Part shown: positions 8,895-18,030 of the stretch, piece after piece
Layout: each line of letters starts with the position of its first letter
How positions within the stretch are numbered: position 1 is the first letter of the stretch
Virus record (IMG/VR): IMGVR_UViG_3300020204_004581
Direction: 5' to 3' (one strand)
Source of the DNA: a virus
Length of the DNA stretch: 64,000 bases
Notes under the pieces: model-generated
Told to the model about the DNA's origin: nothing
Seen by the model: the letters and a program-made list of their open reading frames with translations, nothing else
The model's database searches: none
Position numbers and translations under genes: made by a program

Positions 8895-11800
8895 TAATTA
8901 AACTTTACTTTGTTGTTCCAAGTTTTATTACTTGTATTTGAGTTTACCGTCTTTCCCAAATCTTTAATAGAATTCTTTTGATTATTTGTTGGTGTAAGAA
9001 CTTGTTCAAACGTAAACTTTCTTTCTATACCCTTATTATAGGGCGTGAACTTCATAAAGTCAGCAACATGATCTTTTGAAAATTTCTCAATCAATGTCTG
9101 TGTGGCTTTAGTTTCACCATCATAGACTGGTTTAACTTTTATTTTCCAATATTCGTCGAATACTCTTTGAATTTCCTGATTACCTTTGAATTCTGCGTTA
9201 TTGATGACATTATCAATCATTTTTGATCTGAAGTTTTGGTATTCTTTGTCATTCAAGATCACATTATTCAAAATCATGTAACCAATCTTGTTTGTCTTAC
9301 CGTTTGCCTCCCAAAATAATCCTGACCCAACGGGATTGTTTGGATTTGTTAAAGGTATAAAAACGTTTGTTTCGAGCCCCCCTTGATTCTTAAGACCATT
9401 TCTCATCACAGTCCCTTGGATTTGTCCACTCGATGTATTGTATGTATTAATAGTAGAAAGTTTTTCGTTAAAATCTTTTAAAGCCACCGCAACTTTTGTG
9501 ATGTCACTCTTCATATCATTATATGTTGATGGACTAACTGGTGCACATTGGTAAATTTTAATTGTGCCGTTCTGTAAAGCATATCCATCGGTTAATAAAG
9601 ACCCACTATCTTGGAATAAAACATTCAGTCTATTCAATATTGCAGTAAGATTCAATTGTTGTTGTGTTGATTCTTGTATTGTTTGTGTAATCGCATTATA
9701 GTAACTCGAACGTTTTTCGTTCACAAAAGTTGAAAAGTTTTTCTTTATTACTCTTATGATTTTAGGTGAGAATGCAAAGTTTTTACTTTCCAAATATTCT
9801 ATAAATTGATTACTTCCATTGTTGATACTCGTTTCATAATCAGTAAAGAACTTATTAATTCTTTTTTCGATGTTTTGGGACTTACCTACCAAGTTGTTAG
9901 TTGTAACACCGTTTGAGTTTATCAGCCCTTCCATGTAATACCTCTCATATCCCCACTGTTGTAACATAACACCACCATATTGATTGACAATTGTTTTGGA
10001 TTGGTTGATTGTGTTTGTAAAGAACGTTTGTGAAGAATTTAATAGAGAGTTCATTATATCATTATAGTTGATGTCACCTTGGTCTAATTGTGAGTCAGTA
10101 ATTGATCTTCTTGTGATTACACCGATTGTTTCGCTATTCCCTTTTCCATTATATGCATTTGGGTCATTTAGTGCATTCAAATTGTTGAGTGTCTCATTTG
10201 CTTGTATATTCTTAATAAATTCCGCATCTAAAGCTTGTGCACTTTCAATGTCAGTCGCGTCTGCTCTTTCGTCATAAATCTCCGTGTTCGCATAGTAATT
10301 GAACGACAACGCATTCTGTAGTTTGTCAATTGGTTCTTTAAGACCGGCTCCACCAATAAAATTGAAGCCAAGTTGGATACTAGCAATCATGGGTTGAACA
10401 CCTATACCTTCAGGATTTATATCCAATAATAAAGGTTCATATGTAATACCTAAACTTGTTGGGGCTATCTTAATATTATAAAAGTCACCAACTCTCAAAA
10501 TTAATATTGGTGGTGCACCAAAAGCTGTATTAACTGCCTGATCATATTGTACTGTCGTTTGTCCATTAACTTCTTTGATTGTTGGAATCGACTCGCCGGG
10601 TCTCATACATTGTTGTAAAAATGTAAGTCTTGTATTCAGTCCTTCAGGTGTCATAGAGTGGAAAGTTGGATCGAAGAATTGTAACTTGTCTTTCAAGTTG
10701 TCAAACACCAATGGCGTTTCCTCTTTGATAACCTCAAAATAATCACACTCCGTTAAAAACTTTCTCAACACTCTTTTTGTAATATTATCTCTTTGGACTT
10801 CAGTTATTGTTTCTGTTGGTCCTTGTACGTTTGTTTGGGTTGGACCTGTCACAACTTGAGGTGCTTGTCCGTCAGGTACGGCTGGACTTATTGTCTGTGT
10901 TGTTGTCTGATTATTTTGTGGTAAAGATGTTTTTGGTACAACAGTAATATCTGTAATTGTTGCTCTTCTACAAGCCATCGCATTTCTTGTGTAAATGTCT
11001 TTGTTAACAACACCGTTGTTATTTTTTCCATCACCATCAGTACAATTAATCTGCTCCGTTTTTAAAGTTTTCACGGATGTCACACCAGCAACAGGGACTC
11101 CCTTACTGTTGACCTCGACAACCCCTTGTTCACCAACAGATTCTTCCTTGAAAATTAGTGTTTGGGGGGTACTCGTAATGAATTTGTTTAAGTCTGTCTC
11201 TTTATAATATTCAATCAAAGATTTAACCCTTCTTTCACTTAATTCTTTGTTATAGTTAACTGTATTTGGGGCGGAAGCACCTCCCTTGATAACAATGCGA
11301 ACAGTATATCCGTCTTCCAAAATCTTTTTGAGTTCATTATAAAAGTTTGATGTATTATTAATCACATTGAAACTAGCAATTACACCATCCCTAAACATGT
11401 TTTCGACTTGTTGTTTGGCATTCGGATCTTTCTGACCATTAGGTCCTGTTGCGTTTTTGGTATATGTGGCTTGGTTTGCAGGTGAGGTATAGACCGTATA
11501 ATACCCTCCGTAACTACCGACTTGTCCTTTTTTAGGAATATCGTTATCAAAATATACTGATGAATTTTTATACTGATCTAACGTATTCGGTGTCGGATCT
11601 TTTGTTTCAGATTGTGTACCTACTTTATTAGTTGCTCCAGGTATACCAACATTAAGTTGGGCATTTGCTTCAATTATTTCTTCTTTTGTTACAGATGGAT
11701 TAGTCAACATTCTTTGTATCTCAAACAAATCGGATCTGTTTATTGTTGCATATTTTTTAGCTAACTCATAAATGTCATACTTTGTACAACCCGCTAAAAA

Positions 11801-13771
11801 TGAATTAATGAGACCATCTATGATATTTTTTTTGGTCTGATCTTTTAAAACCTTATTGACAATCACATTCAAAATTGATGGATGGTCAACAACTATTTTC
11901 CAATTCAACGTGCCTGATCTTGATGTGGACTTATAAGTGTATATTGGTTCTGGCCTACCAAGAAACTCTGAAGTATTCCATCCGGTACTCACGTTTTCGT
12001 TCACGGAAAGTCCATACGGTGGAAACCACATTACTCTACCCCCGTTTGGTCCTTTTTCACAATCGGCTAAATCCTCAAACATTTTAGATGTTCTCCAAGC
12101 CAAGTTTTCAATTGAAAACATATACTTTTTAGCGTATGCTCCGTTTGCACCACCAATCAAATTACTTGAGTCTTGTCCTCCATTTCTCCTGTTTGGAACA
12201 ATGTTTAGGTTGTATGTCTTATCGAAAATTGAGTATGAAAATCTTCTTCCCTCGGTTGTTATACCGTCGGTTTTTTGTAGGTCATTGTATTGTAAAAATG
12301 GAGTGTCTTTAGCAAATACTCTACAATACTCAGCACCAACCTCATTACCTATTTCACCAACATAAGAAATTACTTTAGATCCTTTAGTCATTTCTTTATA
12401 TCCATCGTTGAATACCTTACTTACCTGGTCTATCGCATTACCAACATGCTCAAATTTCTTTTTGCCGGGTGGTTGGCTTTCTACAATTCGTTGTGTTTCA
12501 TCTAATATAGAACCTGTTCTAAATTTAAATCTCGTAGAGTTCGAGTCATCATAAGTTGATGGGTCGTAATCAGGGTCCTCTCCCATCTCTTTTCCACCTG
12601 GTCCAACATATTTTCCAGCGTTCTTACGATACTTTGGTGAAACCCATGTCATACCTCCTTCAATACCTCCACCATCAACGTAAGGTACTCCAGCGGCACC
12701 CAAACCTGGTGATTGTTCTACACCTTCATAAAGTTCTGCTAGCTCTGATGGACCGTAAACAGGTGATTGTACCGCTCTTCCAAAATGGTCTGTTGGTATA
12801 TCACCCAAAGGTGAAAATACCATGCTCGGCTCAGATGTTCTTGATCCAACATAATAATTAGAACTATTTGCAGTACCTCTTACAATAGCCCCAGCTAGCC
12901 TATCGAAAAAGTTTCTGTCGTAATCAGGCTTGAACCTGTTCATATCTATGTTCCTGAATAGAACACTTTTTTGTCCTGGTCCTGTATTGAGTAGGAATTT
13001 TTCGGATCCCGATTGTGGTGCACCTAATAGCCGTGCAAAGAATCTCCCAATTCCCGACTCAGGAATAAATGAAAAAGCTCTCTCAATTTGTTCAATTGTA
13101 GTTGGTTGACCAAGTCTAATCTCTGTATCGAAATATGATCCTGGTATTGGTGAGAATGGTATGTAACTACCTGATAGTCTAACCGCCAGATCTGCTGCGG
13201 CAATCAGTGGGTTTGCTGGTCTTGTAATTTGATAGTTTGGCTCTATCAAAGGTATTCTATTAGTTAATACACCAAATAGGTTACTTCCACTTGCTGCTCC
13301 GGCAATATTTGCTCTTCCTACTGTTCTTTGATAAATCTCAAGAGCGATTCTTTCTTCGAATAATTTTTTTAGTTGTGTCGCACCAATCTTAGCAATAAAT
13401 GAGTCAGAACTTAAAAGACCATTAGATCCTAATGGATCTCTATCAAATAAGATATCTACAGGTGAGTAGAAAGATGAATTGAAATTTGGATATGGTTCAA
13501 ACTCGGATTCTTTTATTACAGTTTGGGTCGAGTATTCAAATGGTGTATCAGGTGAATAAACATTGAATCTAGCCATTCTGTCGTTAAAAACAAAAAGTCC
13601 ATATCCGCTTGGGTCGGGGCTAGCATCAACTACAGATTGGTCCGTAAGTATTGTAGAATACGCAATTTGACTCGGGTCGACGTATGGTGCCAACTTGTAA
13701 GGTCTCAGATTTCTTGTGAGAAGACGTTTTCTGAAAGCTTCGGTACTACCGTAATCTAATGGACTCGGCAT
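8894..13771 (-). CDS. Large baseplate/tail-tube initiator-like protein with an inserted OmpA-C-like domain
   Basis: 1625 aa. Tube-initiator-like segments (LSVNENVSTGWNTSEFLGRPEPIYTYKSTSRSGTLNWKIVVD and APPILILRVGDFY...SLGITYE...PMIASIQLGFNFIG) flank VYFDND...IKGGASA...YNKELSERR...SVGE...CRRATI. Confidence 0.55.
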   Translation of the reverse strand: MPSPLDYGSTEAFRKRLLTRNLRPYKLAPYVDPSQIAYSTILTDQSVVDASPDPSGYGLFVFNDRMARFNVYSPDTPFEYSTQTVIKESEFEPYPNFNSSFYSPVDILFDRDPLGSNGLLSSDSFIAKIGATQLKKLFEERIALEIYQRTVGRANIAGAASGSNLFGVLTNRIPLIEPNYQITRPANPLIAAADLAVRLSGSYIPFSPIPGSYFDTEIRLGQPTTIEQIERAFSFIPESGIGRFFARLLGAPQSGSEKFLLNTGPGQKSVLFRNIDMNRFKPDYDRNFFDRLAGAIVRGTANSSNYYVGSRTSEPSMVFSPLGDIPTDHFGRAVQSPVYGPSELAELYEGVEQSPGLGAAGVPYVDGGGIEGGMTWVSPKYRKNAGKYVGPGGKEMGEDPDYDPSTYDDSNSTRFKFRTGSILDETQRIVESQPPGKKKFEHVGNAIDQVSKVFNDGYKEMTKGSKVISYVGEIGNEVGAEYCRVFAKDTPFLQYNDLQKTDGITTEGRRFSYSIFDKTYNLNIVPNRRNGGQDSSNLIGGANGAYAKKYMFSIENLAWRTSKMFEDLADCEKGPNGGRVMWFPPYGLSVNENVSTGWNTSEFLGRPEPIYTYKSTSRSGTLNWKIVVDHPSILNVIVNKVLKDQTKKNIIDGLINSFLAGCTKYDIYELAKKYATINRSDLFEIQRMLTNPSVTKEEIIEANAQLNVGIPGATNKVGTQSETKDPTPNTLDQYKNSSVYFDNDIPKKGQVGSYGGYYTVYTSPANQATYTKNATGPNGQKDPNAKQQVENMFRDGVIASFNVINNTSNFYNELKKILEDGYTVRIVIKGGASAPNTVNYNKELSERRVKSLIEYYKETDLNKFITSTPQTLIFKEESVGEQGVVEVNSKGVPVAGVTSVKTLKTEQINCTDGDGKNNNGVVNKDIYTRNAMACRRATITDITVVPKTSLPQNNQTTTQTISPAVPDGQAPQVVTGPTQTNVQGPTETITEVQRDNITKRVLRKFLTECDYFEVIKEETPLVFDNLKDKLQFFDPTFHSMTPEGLNTRLTFLQQCMRPGESIPTIKEVNGQTTVQYDQAVNTAFGAPPILILRVGDFYNIKIAPTSLGITYEPLLLDINPEGIGVQPMIASIQLGFNFIGGAGLKEPIDKLQNALSFNYYANTEIYDERADATDIESAQALDAEFIKNIQANETLNNLNALNDPNAYNGKGNSETIGVITRRSITDSQLDQGDINYNDIMNSLLNSSQTFFTNTINQSKTIVNQYGGVMLQQWGYERYYMEGLINSNGVTTNNLVGKSQNIEKRINKFFTDYETSINNGSNQFIEYLESKNFAFSPKIIRVIKKNFSTFVNEKRSSYYNAITQTIQESTQQQLNLTAILNRLNVLFQDSGSLLTDGYALQNGTIKIYQCAPVSPSTYNDMKSDITKVAVALKDFNEKLSTINTYNTSSGQIQGTVMRNGLKNQGGLETNVFIPLTNPNNPVGSGLFWEANGKTNKIGYMILNNVILNDKEYQNFRSKMIDNVINNAEFKGNQEIQRVFDEYWKIKVKPVYDGETKATQTLIEKFSKDHVADFMKFTPYNKGIERKFTFEQVLTPTNNQKNSIKDLGKTVNSNTSNKTWNNKVKFN

Positions 13772-13809
13772 TTAGTTAATTTTATAATAAATAGGGAAAA
13801 CAGGATTTT

Positions 13810-15597
13810 TTATTTGTCAACTTTTTCCAATATCGAACGTCCTGTTGCATCTTTCATTCCTGATAATAAAGTATAAAGTTTTTTAGATCCTTCTTGTGAT
13901 TCAATCCACTTTTCGATTGAACGTACAACTTCTCGGTTCATACTACCATCAGACTTGAATTCAAATGTAATTTTTCCGTCGTGATTTACGTTTTTGGTTT
14001 CTGTCACATTCACGTTCTTACTTATCTTTCCAAGATCCATCGTTGAAGACATTCCTTTTTGGAATTCACCTCTGCGAGATGACCCAGGTTTCAAATAACC
14101 ACTTATCATCTTACCAACCTCTGTCCTGTCATCTTTAAACCTTTCATAAAGAGAATCCATCAGTTTTTCAGGTATGGTTCCCATCTTATCGGCAAACTTA
14201 GAAATATCCACCCCTGATCCTTTCAGTTTATCCATAAGTTCTTTACCAACATCCTGGAAAGATTTGTTTCCTTGGATTACATCTACCATTGTCTTTCCAA
14301 GTTCACTTATAGCATTACCTGTAAGTTTTTGTATATCCTCGGTACCAGGTGCAACTTTTTGAAATGCATCTGTGACACTCTCACCTAATTTTCTAGTCAA
14401 TTCAGGTAGTTGTCTCAAACCATCAGCACCTGCAACTCCATATACTATTCTGTTTCTTATCGATGCAATATCACCCGCCATGACTCTTCCTGTATCCATT
14501 TGAGCCCTTGCAATTTCCTCCATGGTTTTAGGCTCTTTCTTATTTTGTTCTATGGCTTGCTTTAGTTGTTCTTCATTCAAATCTTTAATATTCTTGAATA
14601 CTTCTTCTCCTTTTTCGTCTCTGACCTTAATTTGGTATTCCCCTCCCTTCATTTCTGCAATACTCGCTATGTACATCTTATCTTCTTCAGACATATTACC
14701 GGTAAATTTGAGTTGTGATAATACTCTTTCTGAGTTTGCCGCAGCTAGTCCCATTTTACTAAAGTTTTCATAAGACATTCCCGCCGCCTTGGCAAGTTCT
14801 TTCATCTGTCTGATACCACCTGGGTCAATCTTGAAAGATCCCGTTTTTTCATCAAACGCTGTGAATTTTTTTGCAACTTCAGCTAAAGACATTTGTAGTC
14901 CAGCAGGATCATTGATTGATGCGTTCATCAAAGCAAATGGATCTCCTAGCAATCCAGTAGTCACTCCTAATCTTTGAAAAGCCGCTGCAGTTTCGATAGC
15001 TCCTTCGGGATCAAAGACCTTATCTGCAAAGTTCTCGGCATCTCTCATATTAGCCCTCAACATTGCTGACTGAGCGGCCATTTTGGTCAGACCCATTACC
15101 CCACCTTCAAAGTTGAACTTATTCAAAAGTTCGGCATTGTATACAACGTCTCCCATTATTTGTTGGGTGTTCATTCCTATAGACTGTACATAATTTACAG
15201 CACCAATCATGTTTTCCTCTAAATTTCCAAACTGAATACCAACGTCAGTCATAGTACTAACAATAGATTCTATGTCTTTTCCTAACACTTTCGAAGTCGC
15301 AAATAATTCTGTGATTGCTTCACTCGATGCAACAACATTTCTTTTAGTGGCTGATGACGCAGCAATTATTGTCTCAGTTGCGTCTTTAGCTGTAGCGTCG
15401 AGTTTATTTAACTCAGGTGTTGCGAGAGATATTTCACGAACGGCATCACTAATTCGTTGTCTCATTTGACCGAAAGTTCGGTTTACATCTGAGGCATATA
15501 GATTCAAAGCCTGTACTGCATCCGCAATTTGGCTTGGTATTGATCCGAATTTTTCAAATTCTTCCTTTGCCGATCCTATTTTATCATCCTGTGCCAT
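13810..15597 (-). CDS. Tape-measure-like protein
   Basis: 595 aa, helical and Ala/Met-rich; follows the tube and chaperone genes. Confidence 0.6.
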   Translation of the reverse strand: MAQDDKIGSAKEEFEKFGSIPSQIADAVQALNLYASDVNRTFGQMRQRISDAVREISLATPELNKLDATAKDATETIIAASSATKRNVVASSEAITELFATSKVLGKDIESIVSTMTDVGIQFGNLEENMIGAVNYVQSIGMNTQQIMGDVVYNAELLNKFNFEGGVMGLTKMAAQSAMLRANMRDAENFADKVFDPEGAIETAAAFQRLGVTTGLLGDPFALMNASINDPAGLQMSLAEVAKKFTAFDEKTGSFKIDPGGIRQMKELAKAAGMSYENFSKMGLAAANSERVLSQLKFTGNMSEEDKMYIASIAEMKGGEYQIKVRDEKGEEVFKNIKDLNEEQLKQAIEQNKKEPKTMEEIARAQMDTGRVMAGDIASIRNRIVYGVAGADGLRQLPELTRKLGESVTDAFQKVAPGTEDIQKLTGNAISELGKTMVDVIQGNKSFQDVGKELMDKLKGSGVDISKFADKMGTIPEKLMDSLYERFKDDRTEVGKMISGYLKPGSSRRGEFQKGMSSTMDLGKISKNVNVTETKNVNHDGKITFEFKSDGSMNREVVRSIEKWIESQEGSKKLYTLLSGMKDATGRSILEKVDK

Positions 15598-15633
15598 TAT
15601 TAGCTTTTCTTATAAATAGAAGAGGGAACAATT

Positions 15634-15799
15634 TTAAGTTCCCTCTTTTTTATTATCTTCAACCCACTTTTCCAAAAGATATTTTCTTACGAATATTGGC
15701 ATCACTAAGAAGTCCTGCCAAGTTATCTTCAAAAGTGTATTCAAATAGTAGAATTCATCGATTTGAGACTTTCTATAATCAGAAGAAAGGACGAAAAAA
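15634..15799 (-). CDS. Tail assembly chaperone second frame (gp51/GT-like), probably expressed by frameshift
   Basis: Short ORF (EFYYL...ITWQDFLVMPIFVRKYLL) overlapping the upstream ORF in the +1 frame; lacks a good 5' ATG. Confidence 0.6.
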
Positions 15800-16522
15800 G
15801 TCCACCCCAAAGCCAACGAATACGGTCAGCTTATCTCCTGATGGGGTTGTTACAACACGTTGCATATCAAGTCTTGGCTCGTTGTCCTCCAAGAATTTTC
15901 TTATGTGTTTTGAATCACCAATCAACATTTTACTTACAAATGTGGAGATTTGACCTCTGTCTCTCGATCCATCTAACTCAACAATTTGTCTTTCGAGTTT
16001 CCATGTAATTCTTGGAGCCGTCCTACCCTTAGGATATTGGTCAACCATTGTGGTAATCTCATTGAGTTGTCCAAGTGTGAGCGGTTTAATTTTAACAATA
16101 CTACCTGAAACAGGGAGTTTTGTTTCGAATAGACCTTCCTCGTTCGGTTCAATACCCTTTTTGATACTAAGTTCTGCAAGAGATAGTGTCGTCTCAAAAG
16201 TTTTATTTGTTTTCGGATCATTAACCGTCATTATAATCTCAGGACCAAATGAAGTGTTCCTCAAAAAAATGAGAATTGCTTCAATATCAGTTTCCATAAG
16301 ATCTTCAGGTTTTATGTCATGTTCAAATAATTTAGCTCTTATAAGATCAAGAGTAAGATTGTTACTCCCACCCATAATGATGTTCTCATCATTGGCTGTA
16401 AGATATCCAACTTTTACAGATGATTTTTTGTTCTTATAAAATACACCACCCGATGGTAGTGGAACCACATCATGTGGAAAACTTAGGTTTTGTGTTGCGT
16501 ATTGTAGTGTTTGGTTATCCAT
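15779..16522 (-). CDS. Tail/baseplate assembly chaperone (T4 gp26-like)
   Basis: VPLPSGGVFY...LTANDENII...DIEAILIFLRNTSFG...GVDFFRP; lies between tube and tape measure genes. Confidence 0.7.
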   Translation of the reverse strand: MDNQTLQYATQNLSFPHDVVPLPSGGVFYKNKKSSVKVGYLTANDENIIMGGSNNLTLDLIRAKLFEHDIKPEDLMETDIEAILIFLRNTSFGPEIIMTVNDPKTNKTFETTLSLAELSIKKGIEPNEEGLFETKLPVSGSIVKIKPLTLGQLNEITTMVDQYPKGRTAPRITWKLERQIVELDGSRDRGQISTFVSKMLIGDSKHIRKFLEDNEPRLDMQRVVTTPSGDKLTVFVGFGVDFFRPFF

Positions 16523-16554
16523 AAAAAAAACCGTGGAGTTTTGTCTCCACGGTT
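16523..16554 (-). terminator. Terminator after the tail tube gene, with its U-tract abutting the next start codon
   Basis: Minus strand AACCGTGGAG-ACAAAA-CTCCACGGTT-TTTTTT-ATG. Confidence 0.8.
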
Positions 16555-16586
16555 AAATATAAACTGACTTTACTTTTTTTAAAGAA

Positions 16587-17075
16587 TTAATATACAAGAA
16601 CACATCTGTCCATTCTCAAGGTTGTAGTTATGTTTGCCAACGCATCTTGGCTATAATTTAGTGCGTTGAAGTTAACATCTGTCAAGAACGTACCATAGAG
16701 TATCCATTTCTCAACCACTACTCCTGTTGGATCCAACATTTCAAGGTCAATGTCTTTTTTGTAACCCGCGGCGTAACCCATACGACCTGTAACAGATTCT
16801 GCGTGTAAACGAACCCACTCCATAAGAGCTTGTGCTGCAGATGGTCCAATAGGATCTCGGAATGTTACATTGATTGGTTGCCAGTTGAATCTACCAGCAA
16901 CATATGTTGATGTATTTAAAAATTGAATCTCTGTAGAAGCAATTGAAATGTGAGGTCTTGCAGCAGATTCTACAAACCACTCATTTATACCTAATGTCGA
17001 AGGAAATCTCAGAATAAATCGATTCTGACGTTTCGGTTCGTAAGGTATCGGCATTTTCATTAGTAAATCAGCCAT
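16587..17075 (-). CDS. Tail tube protein (T4 gp19-like)
   Basis: EPKRQNRFIL...YVAGRFNWQPINVTFRDPI...YKKDIDLEMLDPTGVVVEKWILYGTF...TLRMDR. Confidence 0.9.
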   Translation of the reverse strand: MADLLMKMPIPYEPKRQNRFILRFPSTLGINEWFVESAARPHISIASTEIQFLNTSTYVAGRFNWQPINVTFRDPIGPSAAQALMEWVRLHAESVTGRMGYAAGYKKDIDLEMLDPTGVVVEKWILYGTFLTDVNFNALNYSQDALANITTTLRMDRCVLVY

Positions 17076-17166
17076 AATATATTAATTTTTGTTTTTGTCT
17101 TTATAAGTATAAATATATCCCTAAAAATTTTTTTCTATTTACTTAATCCTCAAAAAAAAATATTCA

Positions 17167-17988
17167 TTATTCCATCTTAGATTTTTTTCCAGTTCCAGTG
17201 TAATAAGTTTTAACAACATTATCTGAATCTTTTTCAAACCTTTTTCTCATAACTTCCACATTTTTTAAGTCGTCATCAGAAAATCCAATAGTAGGTGTGA
17301 ATTTATTAGCAATATCTTTTTTAAGAAATGCTCTCTTGTTTAATAAAGCAGCCATGGCTTTGATGTAATTTACAAACCCTTCCATTGCTTCCACTTTTGC
17401 CTTTTCGGGGTTTTTTGCAGAATCCTCATTACCAAATGAGACTGGATGATATTTGTTTAACTCCAAATAGGTTTTTATTAATTCATCATCCGTCATTTCT
17501 CCTTCACCCACAAAAGAACGGTATTTTCTCAGATTCTTAAGTAGTTCCTTTTTACTGATACCGTTGAAATCATTGATGATATAATTGTATACTCCTTGTT
17601 TTATAGTGTTTGGGTTGTGACCTCTTGCTGTGATAATAGAAAAAATTGATCCATTATTGATTGCCTCTTTGAAGTCGTCAAATGCTGGACCTACTTTAGC
17701 TTTCATTGCGTCGATAAGGAATTGTTTGTCTCCACTTGTTCTGAAATTTCTGAAAGGGTTTTCAGCAAGTCCCACAATAATATCACCTTTGTAATCTAAA
17801 TTTTTTTTTCCTATCCTATCTCTATACTCAGCAAAATCAGCTGTTGACATACCCACCTCATCTCCATCTTTTGTTTTCAGGATAATTTCTGTTGGCATGT
17901 GAACTATGTTATCGTCCCAATCAAAAGCATAATATTTCATATCGGGACTTCCCTTTTCTGTAAAACCTTCCCTAAATTCATTTTTCAT
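17167..17988 (-). CDS. HAD-superfamily phosphatase
   Basis: Motif I FDWDDN, motif II ITARG, motif IV GFSDDD..N. Start moved to ATG 17988 because the track's start lies inside the sheath terminator. Confidence 0.75.
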   Translation of the reverse strand: MKNEFREGFTEKGSPDMKYYAFDWDDNIVHMPTEIILKTKDGDEVGMSTADFAEYRDRIGKKNLDYKGDIIVGLAENPFRNFRTSGDKQFLIDAMKAKVGPAFDDFKEAINNGSIFSIITARGHNPNTIKQGVYNYIINDFNGISKKELLKNLRKYRSFVGEGEMTDDELIKTYLELNKYHPVSFGNEDSAKNPEKAKVEAMEGFVNYIKAMAALLNKRAFLKKDIANKFTPTIGFSDDDLKNVEVMRKRFEKDSDNVVKTYYTGTGKKSKME

Positions 17989-17995
17989 CTTGGCT

Positions 17996-18019
17996 AAAAG
18001 GGGGGACATTGATCCCCCC
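17996..18019 (-). terminator. Terminator after the tail sheath gene
   Basis: Minus strand GGGGGGA-TCAATG-TCCCCCC-TTTT. Confidence 0.75.
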
Positions 18020-18030
18020 ATTATATTTTA

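Noticed and set aside
17989-18021. ORF-track N-terminal extensions (also 36336-36389, 40429-40470, 23499-23513, 47635-47730)
   Set aside because: They run through terminator hairpins, promoter motifs or upstream genes; downstream ATGs fit better.
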